64,000 bases of DNA from Octopus sinensis (Eukaryota). The position numbers were made by a program, and so were the translations under genes. This document shows positions 38,301 to 52,256 of the stretch, piece after piece. The stretch is from NCBI RefSeq assembly GCF_006345805.1, contig NC_043006.1, positions 28,148,001 to 28,212,000 of the forward strand. The letters are read 5' to 3'. The notes under the pieces are model-generated. The model did not search any database and had not been told where the DNA came from. It was given only the letters and a program-made list of their open reading frames with translations. Every line of letters begins with the position of its first letter. The first letter of the stretch is position 1.

Positions 38301-40814
38301 GAGTGTTGTCCATCAACAAGAGAACACGGTGTCCCATTCACTTTTTCACTTCAGGATAAATATTCTGTTGAACCATTTACAACATGTTTCGACATCCATG
38401 CTTTACTCTAATTAAAGTACTCCAGAGGTCATTCCTGATTCTTGATACAGGCCGGCTCTTTGTATTTTCTGATTAATGTGCAAGGAACTTTGTGTGTTCC
38501 TGTGGCATTCGCACAAACAATGAGTGACGTTTGTTCTTTCCTCATGTGGTGCTGACATCTTCGTATAGCATAAGCTGGGTATATCTGGGCAGCAACCAAA
38601 ACAACAACCCTGTTTCATCCATGTTATAACCATTTTCAGCATCATACTGTTCAATTACAGCATATAAATCGTTCTATGCAGCCAATAGCTCCAGATCTCC
38701 CTTGTTCACTTCTGCTCCTTCCCCACAGAGCAAAACTTTCTGTAACCTGTGACGTACTCTGAATCAGCTTTAAAGTCATCTTCTGATATCAATAATTCCA
38801 AAGCTATCTACTTTACTTTTACAGTGGCCAATGATGGTGGAACAAGCATGTTTGCACGACACATGCAATCAATCCACAGGTACAGCATGTTTTTGTTAGG
38901 TTCAAGTCGTGTACTTAAGAGGGAGATTTCTGTAGATAGGTATATATATATATATACATAGACTTGTAGATGGAGAGATAAATAGTTAGGCATGCAGGTA
39001 AACAGGTAGATAAAAAGGGAAGCAGGTAGATAGACAGTCTGATTGATAGATGGACAGTAGGGAGATAGCTAACTAAATAGGTAGGTTGATAGGCAGGTAG
39101 ATAAGCAGGCAGATAGGTAGATAGTTTGAGAGGAGGTAGATAGTTTGAGAGGAAGGTAGATAGTTTGAGAGATAGGTAGATAAAAATACAGGCTAGTAGG
39201 TGGGCAGTTAGACAGGGAGATAGTTTGAGAGCAGGTAGATAGTTTGAGAGATGGGTAGATAAAAATGCAGGCTAGTAGGTAGGCAGTTAGACAGGTAGAT
39301 AGTTTGAGAGGAAGGTAGATAAAAACACAAGCTAGTAGGTGGGCAGTTAGACGGGGTAGTAAGTTGGAAGGTAGATAGATAGATAAGTAGATAGATGCTT
39401 ATTGATCAATCAATCAATAAATAGTGAGATAGCTTGAGAGGGAGTGAGAGAGGTGAGACTATTTCTGGCTTCTGGTGTTTCTTGTCAGGTATTTCCTCAA
39501 TTTAACTTTGGATTTTCTTCCAGTTCAGCCTCCCACTGTAGCTGTACAATACAATATTGGAAATTGTTATTTAATCTATAATGTAATTACTGAGATGTAC
39601 TTGCATAGCTAGTGATTTGATCTGAGATCCTGTGCTGAAACGAAAACAATTGCCGCGTAGAAGGTGTTTGTAAGCCATTTAAGAAACACACAAAAGCTGT
39701 TCGATTCACTTCAGCATGTAAGTTTAATAACTTAAATGTTGAAGTGAATCGAACAGCTTTTGTGTGTTTCTTAAATGGCTTACAAACACCTTCCACACTG
39801 CAATATAATTACTTTTTAACTGAAAAAACAATCAGTATTTCCTTCTTAATATTTTGTTACAAACTCTTGTGTATTTCTTTAGGTAATGTATGTTTTTAGT
39901 ACACACAATTGGTTGACATAAGGAGACTTTGGGGTATTGCAGAGTTTTGACTTCCTTGCGCCTCTTCAGTCAAAGCTACTCTGAATGAATGAATCTAATT
40001 AAGAGTACTGGCACTTGTTTACAAAAATCAGCAAACAAATTATTTGCTGATGCATGCTGATATCTGCCAAACCAATAATGATTCCTTAGATGCAATGAGA
40101 AGTTAACAATCATGTTTCTGTTTTTTTTTCTTAATGTTCTGAAAAGATTCAGCCTTGAATATGTTATTTGAAGATGAAAGACAACAACAATCAGCATATT
40201 CATGTCTGAATCTGCCAGAATGTATTAAGAATGAATAGATACATTATTCTTCTGTATTTATCATTGCAATAAACATTGTTTCATGTTGCATATTTCACCC
40301 ACTGTGACTTTCTAAGGACATACCTTTTCTGCAACAAGGTTTTCTATATTCTGTGGGCTTGTTCTTAGAGTAAAAACATTTTAAGAATATAAACCTATCA
40401 TTTGTGGTTAATGTTGCTTTACTTCCAGTTCAAACCTATGATCCATTCCACCCATAAGCATCCTATCCTTTTATCTAGAATTTCTTTAAAAAAGATTTCA
40501 TATGACCCAATGCTGTCCTATATACATGTCATGGATATGGTATAATCTAAGAGAGATTTGGTTGCCTTTTCTTCTGAGTTGGGTGATCCTATGGATGTAT
40601 ATATGTGCATGTGTAATAGTATGAATGAATGTATGTGTGTATGTATGTATGTATGTATGTATGTATGTATGTATGTATGTATGTATGTATGTATGTATGT
40701 ATGTATGTATGCGATATATATTATGTATGTTACGCATGTACATATGTATGGAGGGGTGGATGAATGTATGGATGTACTTCTTTCTGTATGTATATTTATG
40801 TTTGATACAAGTTG

Positions 40815-40911
<97 letters not shown>

Positions 40912-41270
40912 CCTACCTACCTACCTACCTACCTACCTACCTACCTACCTATCTACCTATCAATACATACATACATACATACATACATACGTATATGCAC
41001 ACACATAATATATTTTGTCACTAACACACACATAAACATTCACATGCATCCACACACACAGCATACTCACCCACATGCCTCCCACACATGAGATGCTTAA
41101 ACATGAATAACATCAGACAATTATATATACTAACCTCGGTAATGGGAGTTGGTATGTGATCAAGGCTTGTATAAACTATATCCAAAAGCCAAAATAAACA
41201 GTATCAACACCACTAACAGCTTAGTCAAAATCTACACCCTGTTATTATAAACAAACACAAAATCTAAGAT

Positions 41271-41305
<35 letters not shown>

Positions 41306-44300
41306 TATATGATATTTATATGTATATAAATTTGTGTGTGTGTGTGTATACATATATATGCACATAAATATGTATGAATATATATATATATATATGTATA
41401 TATGTATATATATGTATATATGTAAATATGTATATATATATATACACATACTTTTATATGCATATATTTACACACACACACATATATATACACATACACA
41501 TACATATGCACACATGCATGCACGCATGCTCACATACAAGCATGCTGCTAAATTCCAACTCTGTTAAGTAAACATTTAAAGTTTGACAAATTGTATGTAT
41601 ATTTATTGAAGCTGTTTGTTCTTCATGTTTATCAAAATGACTTCAGCCCATGGTCTGTTCTAATGAGTCTCTGCTCTTAAGTGAAACAATGAAATAATGT
41701 TTTATTTGTTGATAACACTGTTAATGTTTGTTTTTCTAGCTATTTATTTTGATCCAAGGCATCCCATCTCATATAGGGAGGTTGCCCTATTAGACTGGCT
41801 ACAATGGCATTAAAGCCTTGATTTGGAGCAATAGTTTTGAAAAGATAAATTAGTGTGCTCTGGGGACTCTTTTTTTGTGAAACAGTTGATGCTTTTACAA
41901 GACCAGTTATCATATGTGTGTGTAGCTAAATAAGTGGGGGCTTGTGGTTTAGTGGTTAGGGTGTTGTACTCATGATTGTAAAATTGTGGTTTCGATTTCT
42001 GGATAGCAATGCATTGTGTTCTTGAATAAAACACTTTGCTTCATGTTGCTCCAATCCACTCAACTGGCAAAATGTGTAATTCTGTGACAAACATTCATCC
42101 CATCCAGGAAGGAAATATATACACAAATCCAGGAAACTGGCCTTAAGAACCTATGGCTCAGGAAGGACGTTTGATCCATTTTTTTGTATTTAAATAAATT
42201 GACATGGTATATTAAGGTGGTGAGCTGGCAGACACGTTAGTGCGCCGGGCGAAATGCTTAGCGGTATTTCATCTGCCGCTATGTTCTGAGTTCAAATTCC
42301 GCTGAGTTGACTTTGCCTTTCATCCTTTCAAGGTCAATAAATTAAGTACCAATTACACACTAGGGTCGATATAATTGACTTAACCCATTTGCCTTTCCTT
42401 GTTTGTCCCCTCTGTGTGTAGCCCCTTGTGGGCAGTAAAAAAATAGGTACACTATTGGTGCTTATTTAAATCAATTCTGAAAGAATAAAAAATAATGTAA
42501 AAGACAAACTTGTTATGATTTGAACCCAGAAGTGTATATGAAATACTGTCAAAAGCCCAATCCTTTGTGTTCCATGACATGATCGATAAACTGCAACTAT
42601 AATATTCATTATGATCAATTGACTGGCAAAGATTCTAATTTTAGTACCAATAATATAATTATTTGTAATGATTTCTAACACATTTTGAGGGGTGTGGGTA
42701 TATAATCAATTAAACCATACTTATTTTATCAGTGCTGGAAGAATAAAAAGCAAAGTTAATTTCTGGATTAAAAGTTGCACCAGAAATATTCTGGAAAATC
42801 ATGGATACTATGTTATCTGATTGCGAATTTGCAATCCTGTACTTGGACGATATTTTTATCCAGAGTAATTCTCACGAACAACATGTGGAACACATAAAAG
42901 CTGTGGTTTAAGAAAATTAAACTTTTCAGATTCATTTTGAGTGAAGAAAAATGCAAATTCTTTCTACCCTAAATTAAGTACTTAGGGTAAATAATGGATA
43001 AAAGTGGTAGACATCCTGATCCATTGAGGGTAGATGCAATAAGGAATATGCCTGTGCTGACAAATATTCCAACTTTACTACTACCAAAACTACATTACTA
43101 ATATGCACAAGTTAAGAGCTCCATTGAACGACTTATTTAAAAAAGGAGTAAAGTGGAATTGGTCCACTAAATGCCAGAACACTTTTGAAGAAATAAAAAA
43201 AATTCTTATCTCAGACCTGTCGTTAGTACATTATGATCCCAAAATGGACATCATTGTAGTGTCTGATGCTTCCAAGCATGGATTAGGTGCAGTTTTACTT
43301 CATAAATATGAAAACAGAAGTACAAAACCAGTGGTTCATGTTTTGCATTTGCTAATAGTGGCAGAGACGAGATATAGTCAAACTGAAAAGGAGGCCCCAG
43401 CAATTATTTTTGCAATTAAAAAATTTCACTGGTTTCTGCATGGCAGAAGTTTTTTTTTTGCAAACAGACCATAGACCTTTGAAGTTGATTTATGGGTCTA
43501 AAAAAGGGTTACCGACTCATACTGCGAACCACCTGCAACATTGGGGTGTAATATTACTAAATTATAATTTCAAAATTCAATACATTCCATCGAAAAAAGT
43601 CGGTCATGTGGGCTGCCTTTTGGGATTAATTCCAAAAAATATGAAACCATTAGAAGAGACTTGTAAGGGTCTAGCTTGACCCTGCTTGAGATTTGAAACC
43701 AAATCCACTGGCTTGTTGCTTGTCAAAATAAGCGGGAAATCCTCTCCACACTAGACGATTGATGAAGAAACACTAGGACCTGTGCCTGTTACAGAAAGGT
43801 CAGTCTTTTGTTTAAGGTTTGACCTACATTACTGACCATAGTCTATATAACAAAGAAAATTTCCTATCTCTTCTTATGTGTCAGCTATTGCGTCAGCCTT
43901 AACCAAGAGCAACACTTCCTTTCGCCCTTCACTCGACATGCATGCGAAGAGAGGCTTTCAACCGCAAGAAAGGCGATGTCATGTTTACCCTTTATTTCTT
44001 TCTAGTAAGCACTACGCATTCCTTACTCTTTCACTTTCTACTGACAGACAACCTTTTTCTACACTACCAACTACTAACCAGCAAGCCAACCTTGTTACTA
44101 TTTCTAGAATTGCTGCTGTCTCTTTAAGTACTTGTCGGGCAATGAATAAACATATGTAAATAATATTTCTTCCTTCTTGGTATTAATTTTTCGATGTTTA
44201 CTGGTACTCTGACATGGAAACCTTCAAGCGTTACATCTACACGCTATATTCAGTAGTGGGTTGCATTATATCAAACTAATATGGCACATCACATCCAGCC

Positions 44301-47300
44301 TGCTACAAACTGTTATAGCCGCACTGCAGGCAGAAAGTGAAATTAAAAGTGTTATGATGAATGTTGTTGATGAGCACTATATCTGTTGCCAACACCCACT
44401 AAAGGGTGGGTTAGGGAAGCCATGGCTAAAGATGTGTAGGCATGCGCTGTGGTTGAGGCATCTCTGGCTCTACCTGGATGGTGAGTGGGTGTGGTCTCTA
44501 TTCGTTGATGAGATATTTCTCAGGTTCACTTCTTTTGGTGAACTGGAATGCTGGATCAGGCATAGACCAAGGGTGGGAGCTTGGCAAGCCGAGTGTCAAC
44601 AGGGACTCATGCTTCTCCCCTGAACAAGCAATTCCAGCAAAGTGGGTACCACCTCGGCTTACTGTAGAAGGCTGGTAGGGGGCAAGTGTGATGACAGCCT
44701 GTGTAGATGCTGGGTTTTGATGAAAGTCAGCTTGCCAACCTGCATTGAAGGACTTTCGGCCCAGGACCTATGGACAACTTCTAGAGGTCCCTGGCTTGGC
44801 TGTGCTTCCGAAGTGCCTTACCAGTTCAGGATAAACTTGTGAGGCATGGTGTCATGGATTCGCCTACATGCCCACATTGCGGGCAGAGCAACAAAACAGT
44901 TTTGCATGCAATCATGCAGTATCTGAGTCTCTCAGACCTGTGAGTTTCTACTGAACAGGTATTGTCATAGCTGGGGAGAATACAGCTGTCAGCTGAGTCA
45001 ATTATTAAGATCATTCTGCCATCTTCTCTAAAAGGAGAAGAGAAATTCTGCTTTCTAGCCGTAATAGATATAGCGAAAGAGGTGATATGGAGGACGTGTG
45101 GAAGAGGTATCACATCAGGCACCTTTGTCTCTGGGTGTGCTTTGGTTAACCTCTTTTTATATCACTTAAAAGGGAAAGCACATCTGGAGAAGAAATGCCT
45201 GATGTCAAAAAACTTGGAAGTAAGTAGTCTGAATGTAAGTGCCTAATTAAGCGGGGGTGAGGTGGGGTAGGGCAAAGTAAATGGTAATGTGGTTGTTGGG
45301 GGTCAAACCCATTCCATGTCCATTCATTCTTTCATTTTCATTTGCAATTATATTTTTATTCACTATATGTAATCTCATCCAACAAGTCCCTGACCCCTAT
45401 TTGTTCCGTGCATTGTCTTTTCTTTGTTTAATCCTGTGGTTTTAATAAAATCATTATGCTAATTCCACAGCTTATGTGTTGATAGTTCAAAGCTGGAGTT
45501 CAAAATTTACAGTTTGAATTAGTGTGTTGGATTGTTGATTCTTAAAAGATTGTTGTTGCATTCCATGTGGTTACTGCCATTTGTTTTGACTATACTGTCA
45601 TTTCACTGTCGCAGTGTAATTGTTTATCCATAAAGATATAACAATTACACAGAATATCGAAGAAAAATGGGTGAAGAAAAAACTTAAGACTTACAAAAGT
45701 TAAAAAATTCATTTAGAATTTGATGAAAAATCAGGTACCTCTCAGTTATGTTTTATTGTAGGCCTAAAGAACTCACTTCTATACTAATTTCAAATTTAAA
45801 TATAGATCTAGACTTAATCAAAGCAATAAGATACTTTTCAAGATAGTTCATTAATTAACCCACGATAAGTTTCTTGATCAGCCAAGGAAAAGTTGAAATT
45901 CTGTAAGTTTACATATGACATAAAGACAATTCCTGACCAGAATTATTTACTATCTTTGAAGAAAGCTGAGGTTCTGTTTAAGTTTTTTTAACAACATTTG
46001 TCATTATATAGTGGTGAAAAGTCACAAACAGTTTTGGAAAAACGGCATTTTCCACCAGAAGGTAACATTTTAGGGATATCTATTAGAGGGCATCGTTAGT
46101 GTTCAGTATATCATTAAATATCAAGTGTGGAGGTGCAATGGCCCAGTGGTTAGGGCAGCAGACTCACGGTCATAGGATCATGGTTTCAATTTCCAGATTG
46201 GGCGTTGTGAGTGTTTATTGAGTGAAAACACCTAAAGCTCCTTCTTCCTGTTTCTGTTGTACCTGTATTTCAAAGGGCCAGCCTTGCAACACACTGTGTC
46301 ACACTGAATCTCCCAAGAACTACATTAAGGATACACATGTCTGTGTGGAGGCACATGGCCTAGTGGCTAGACTTGCAGTTGAGGGATCGTGGGTTCGAAT
46401 CTCAGACCGGGCGATGTGTGTGTTTATGAGCGAAACACCTAAGCTCCACGCGACTCCGGCAGAAGGTAATGGCAAACTTCTGCTGACTCTTTCGCCACAA
46501 CTTTCTCTCGCTCTTTCCTCCTGCATCTTGCAGCTCACCTGCGATGGACTGGCGTCGCATCCAGGTGGGGAACCTATACACCAAGGAAACTGGGAAACTG
46601 GCCCTATGAGCCAGGGATGGCTCGAGAAGGAACAAACAATAAAACATGTGTCTGTGGAGTGCTCAGCCACTTTCACATTAATTTCACGAGCAGGCTGTTC
46701 CATTGATCAGACCAACTGGAACCCTCGTTGTCGTAACTGGAGTGACATGAAATATCAGGAACTAGTGAAATATATTGGGAACATGTTGCTTATATTTAGT
46801 CTCCTTATCTCTGGCAGGTTTCTGCTGCTCACCTGAAATCTCATATTAGTTGTTAGTGAACAGTGCTAGCCATGTTGATGAGCATAAATTTGAATAAATC
46901 TTTTGTTTACCCAGCAAATACAAGTTTAAAATAGCATTTTTATATTTTTCTGTATTTTACAGAACAACTTATTGGACAGCTGTCCCACTACGAGCTCGTC
47001 ATACCAACTCTAGTTAATCGGAAAGGAGAGTTTCTTAGTTACAACCTGGAAATTTCTGGTGAAGAACACGAGCCATCAACAACAAACCGTAAAAAACGCC
47101 AAATTTTTCAAGGCCCTGGTTCTGGACATTTCTGGTCCAATTATTATATCCATGATCGTGTATTCTACAAATTGTCAGCCTATGGCAATGATTTTCATTT
47201 TAATTTGACACTGAATAAGAAACTGGTTTCCAGTAATTTTGTTGTTGAATACTGGGATAAATATGGTGTTAAGAAGCAGCATTTTGATGTCCATCGATGT

Positions 47301-50300
47301 CATTTTGAAGGCTTCAGCTACCAACCATATAAATCAGAAGCTGCCTTAAGTAATTGTCATGGTCTGGTAAGTAAAATAAAATAATTTTTTTCATATTTTC
47401 TGTTAGAAACTTTAAAGATCATTCAATCATATTTTTAAAAATTTTCAATTAATTCATTACTTAGTGAATTGTTACTTAGATCTTAACACTTTGAGCTAAT
47501 GATATCCTTAACCCTTTTCAGATTTATCTGCCTGAGACCATCCTTGGTTTTATGGTATAAATTTCTTTTTTTAAAGTGGCCTAAATTAAAATTTTTCATC
47601 AAAATTTCATGTTAATTTATGTTCCAACTCCACTTTAATTAGTAAGGACAGTTATTTAATTAAATTCTCCATTATTTTCCAAATTAATTGAAACAAAAGT
47701 AGTGTATTTTAACAGAAATATGATAACAAAAGTGTTAAAGTGATCTAAATTAAAATTTCATGTTAATCTATTTTTAAACACCAGCTTAATAATAAGTTAT
47801 TTTTCTAAATTCTTCATAATTTTAAAAAATTAAATTGAAACAAAGGCTGTTATTTCAGCAGAAATATGGTAACAAAAGACTAAAGCCTGTTTAGTCATTG
47901 TTCAGAATCTCTTTTGTAATAGATAATTACAATTTTCCAATGAAGATGACTTATACCCATTAAATATTTTAACTCATTTTGCCCCTCAGAACTTGCTACC
48001 TATATTTCACTTTCCTTGAACTAACCTGTTACACTACTCTACTTTTATGTTTACCACATATAATCTGTCTCTCTCCTAAGATCTAAAATATGGCATTCCT
48101 AACTGAGAGAACTGTTCCATCCCACTTTCCTAATATCCTCACACAATATCTACATCTTGATCAATATATCAGAGTAGATATCTCTTCTCTGCCCTAAATA
48201 AATAAATAAATAAATTCTTAGTTGGTAACTATATTCCTAAAAGATAGTTTTTTTTATTTAGGGCAGTGAGAATAATGTACTCTGCTCAGAAACACAACAA
48301 AATGCCTGTAGTGGATTTGTACTCAAACCAAAGTTCACATAGTCAAGGACATTATCCACTCAGCCATCTAAGGTATAATATGTACTCTGTGATGCATCTT
48401 CCCTAGTATTTAGTAAGAAAGAAACCAATGATAATTGGGTGGTGTTTTACATTCTGAGTTCAAATCTTTTGGTGGGGTTTACCTTTCATTTTGCCCTGCA
48501 ACATCGTAGTAATATACTTGGATGAAACCAATCAGTTATATTTTTCTATAAAATTTGAACCTAATTAAACTAATATTGAATGGAAAGTTTATAGTGAGAT
48601 GTAGATTCTCATTGTACAAAGTTTTGAATTCCCACAGTAATGCTTTCACAATAATTCACTCACTCTAATATTGCAACTGGAAATGCATGAAGGCTACAAA
48701 TTCACTGTTGTTTATTTTTATTTATTCATTTTTTTTTGTACAAAACTTCTTGGCCTCATAACTGTATGATAATAACTATTTTTCTTTCTTAATTCAGCAA
48801 GGTGTCTTTACAACAGCTGAAGATAACTATTTTGTGGAACCTTTGTGGAATCATACAAACGATGTGGAACGAGAAGGGTATCCTCATATTGTTTACAAGA
48901 AATCTGCCTTGAAACTTCCTGGTGGAGCAGCTCATTGTGGAGTGAAAGGTAGGGTCTTTAAGTTGTCATCTTTGTTATCAATTGCAATCATAAAGTATAT
49001 GTAAAACAACTCAAACCATGTGAGTTGACCACAACTGTGACACATTGAAAGTTTATTTCAACAGAAATTGAAGCATCAATATTCAATAATAGCTGATTCA
49101 AATGTTGGTTGGTTGATTTCTTCAGCCCTGCCTTACATCATATAGAGAGAAGGTGCAGAAGTGTATATGAGAGATACTGACAGAGTTAACATAAGAGGTG
49201 CAAGATGAGTGTCTTACAACTTTATGAAAAATACACATTTTTTTGCATGAAATTTTGCAGTGATAGGTTATTGATGAAGTAGATTGTGATTATGCTGATA
49301 AAATCTAGGAAAATGACAGCATATATTTATTGCATTATTATCAATATTGTACTAAAAATTTCTATACTAAATAATACACATAAAAAAAAATATGCATTAA
49401 AATGACGACGCGTGTTTTGTGACTATGTATACAAATCTACGATATCAAAATCAATAATCTCAAAAATTAATATTTCTTCGATCCAACGATACACAGCCAC
49501 TCTTCAAGTCTCAATAGCATAAAGTAAATTTACAATATAAATGAAGACGTTATAATTACACTATACATTTATAAATAATTGATAAGATTTTGATGGAGAT
49601 GTCCAGAAAGCAAACAGAAGTATCAGATATTGTGTGGGTGAATTCCAAGGCAGGGGGAAAGGTGTTAACAAAAGAAATAAAATTGTTGTGTTGTTGTCTG
49701 TTAAGGCATGTGGTGCCAGTACAGTCATTGATGCAACGGTCATACAGCTCTGGAAAAGGTCCAGAGAAGTGAGCAAAGGTTTGCTCCTGTACATTACCTA
49801 CACAGAGGTTGGCATAATTGGAGTCCATCCTGGTACCCATAGCAACACCGCTGATCTACTTATAGAGTTCACCAGAGAAGGAAAAACAATTGAGTGTTAA
49901 GATGAGCTCAGCTAGATGGAAGAGTGTAATACTGGGTTCAGATACAGAACGATGGTCTAAGATGGTTTAAGAGCTAGTAGACCACTGTCGTGAAGGATGG
50001 CTGTGTACAAAAATTTAAAGTCCATGGTGAAAAGAAGTTTGGGTTCACCAGATGGAAAAGAGAATGCTTTGAAGAGTTGTAGTGCATGGTTAGTGTCTTT
50101 GATATGTGAAGGTAGGGCAGCGACAAGAGGGGATAAAAGTTTGTCAAGGTAGGAAGATAAAAGTTTTGTGGGGCAAACAGAGACAATAGGGTGGTTGGGA
50201 TTATTTTATTTATGTATATTAGGGACCAAATAGCTAGTGGAAGTTTGGAGTGTGGTGACAATAAGGTCCGTGGCAGTAGGTGGCAGTGAACCAGAAGAGA

Positions 50301-52056
50301 TCAGCTGATGTACAGTGGTTGAAACATACCTCTGGTAATGGTTGGTGTATATATCTGTGTGTGTATTTCTTTTATCTCTTTTATTTATTTCAGTCATTTG
50401 ACTGCAACCATGCTGGAGCACCACCTTTAGTTGAACAAATTGACCCAGAACTTATTCATTGTAAGCCCAGTACTTATTCTATTGGTCTCTTTTGCCAAAC
50501 TGCTAAGTTACAGGGACGTAAACACACCAGTATCGGTTGTCAAGTGATGGTGGGGGGACAGACACAGACGCATAAAGATATACGCACACACACACACACA
50601 CACGCACACACATACACACACACACGATGGGCTGCTTTCAGTTTCCGTCTAACAAAATGCACTCACAAGGCATTGGTCAGCCTGAGGCTATAGTAGAAGA
50701 CACTTGCCCAAGGTACCATACAGTGGGACTGAACCCACAACTATGTGGTTGGTAAGCAAGTTATTTACCACACAGCCAGTCCTGATTCATAAATATTTTC
50801 TGGAATCTAAGCTCTTAATCTCTTCTGTATATTATAACATCTGAGATTTAATCTAGATTCCTTTAACAAATCAACCGCATTTCTTTCGATGCACCATTTT
50901 TTGTCAATTAAACTCATTTCTCCAATGTTAAGTTTATACAACACACATTTTCTCTCATATTAAGCCATAGCAGATATTTTACTTTCAATGAAACTATATT
51001 CTTTTATATTCTCACTACTTTCTATGATTAAATCTTGCCAATTCATTACACTCACACCTGTCTTTCTTTGTAGACATTTTGTATCATCTTGATATTTAGG
51101 ACTCTACTTTTCCTTCAGATGTATGATCCTTTATCATTTGCTTGTCTCTTTATAATTCTTTACATTTCTGGAAGCAGGTTGTTTTCTTCCAGATGCTTGC
51201 TCAATCTCTGCAATATTATTGCAGTAAAGGCTTTGCCACTCACTTCAAGTATACCTCTTCTGCTTAACACCTTTTATTTCTCTTTTTCTTTGTACCTCTC
51301 CCTTCAACCTTTTTACTTCTTCCTTTGAAGTGTGACACACACCACAGGTATGTACAAAAAAAAAAAATAAGTGTATTAATATTATTGATTATTAATGAAG
51401 GTGACAAGGTGGGAGAATTGTTAGCATGCTGGCCGAAATGCTTAGTGGTATTCCATTTGTCTTTATGTTCTGATTATTATTATAATTGCCATTGTTGTAT
51501 TGTTGTTGTTATTGTAGTGAGCTGGCTGAAATGTTAGTATATTGAATAAAATGCTTAGTACCATTTTTTTTTTGGCTCATAATGTTCTAAGTTCAAATCC
51601 TACTGGGGTCAACTTTGCCTTTTTTGATAGTCAATAAAATGAAATACCAGTCATATATTGGAACTGAGCTGCTCCAACCCTTCCAATTGTCTGACCATTT
51701 ATTTTCTTTTATTGTTAATATTCTTGAGAAATGTATGAATGTTACATTTTTCATATTCTCTTCTTCATAATACTGAAAACATGAATAATAGTGGCTAAAT
51801 GCAATAATCTCATTTATTATTGACAACAGATGTGGAAGACAAAAAAAATCCTCAGCATTCTGGGCATAGTTCTGGCCATCATAAATTTTCAAGGTTTGGC
51901 CCTCGTAGATGGCGGAAAAAGAAGAGGTCAGTAAGTCGAGAGCAGAATGTGGAAACTCTTGTGGTTGCTGATAGAATGATGCTAAGTTACCATGGGCTTC
52001 ATGAAATTGAGCCTTACATATTGACCATTATGAATATTGTAAGTATAGTCATCTAT

Positions 52057-52088
<32 letters not shown>

Positions 52089-52187
52089 TCACATTTGCAT
52101 GTACAGACATATGTATATATATATTGGCAATTATGAATATTGGAAATATAGTGAGATACACACACACATGCACTCACACACATACTC

Positions 52188-52256
<69 letters not shown>

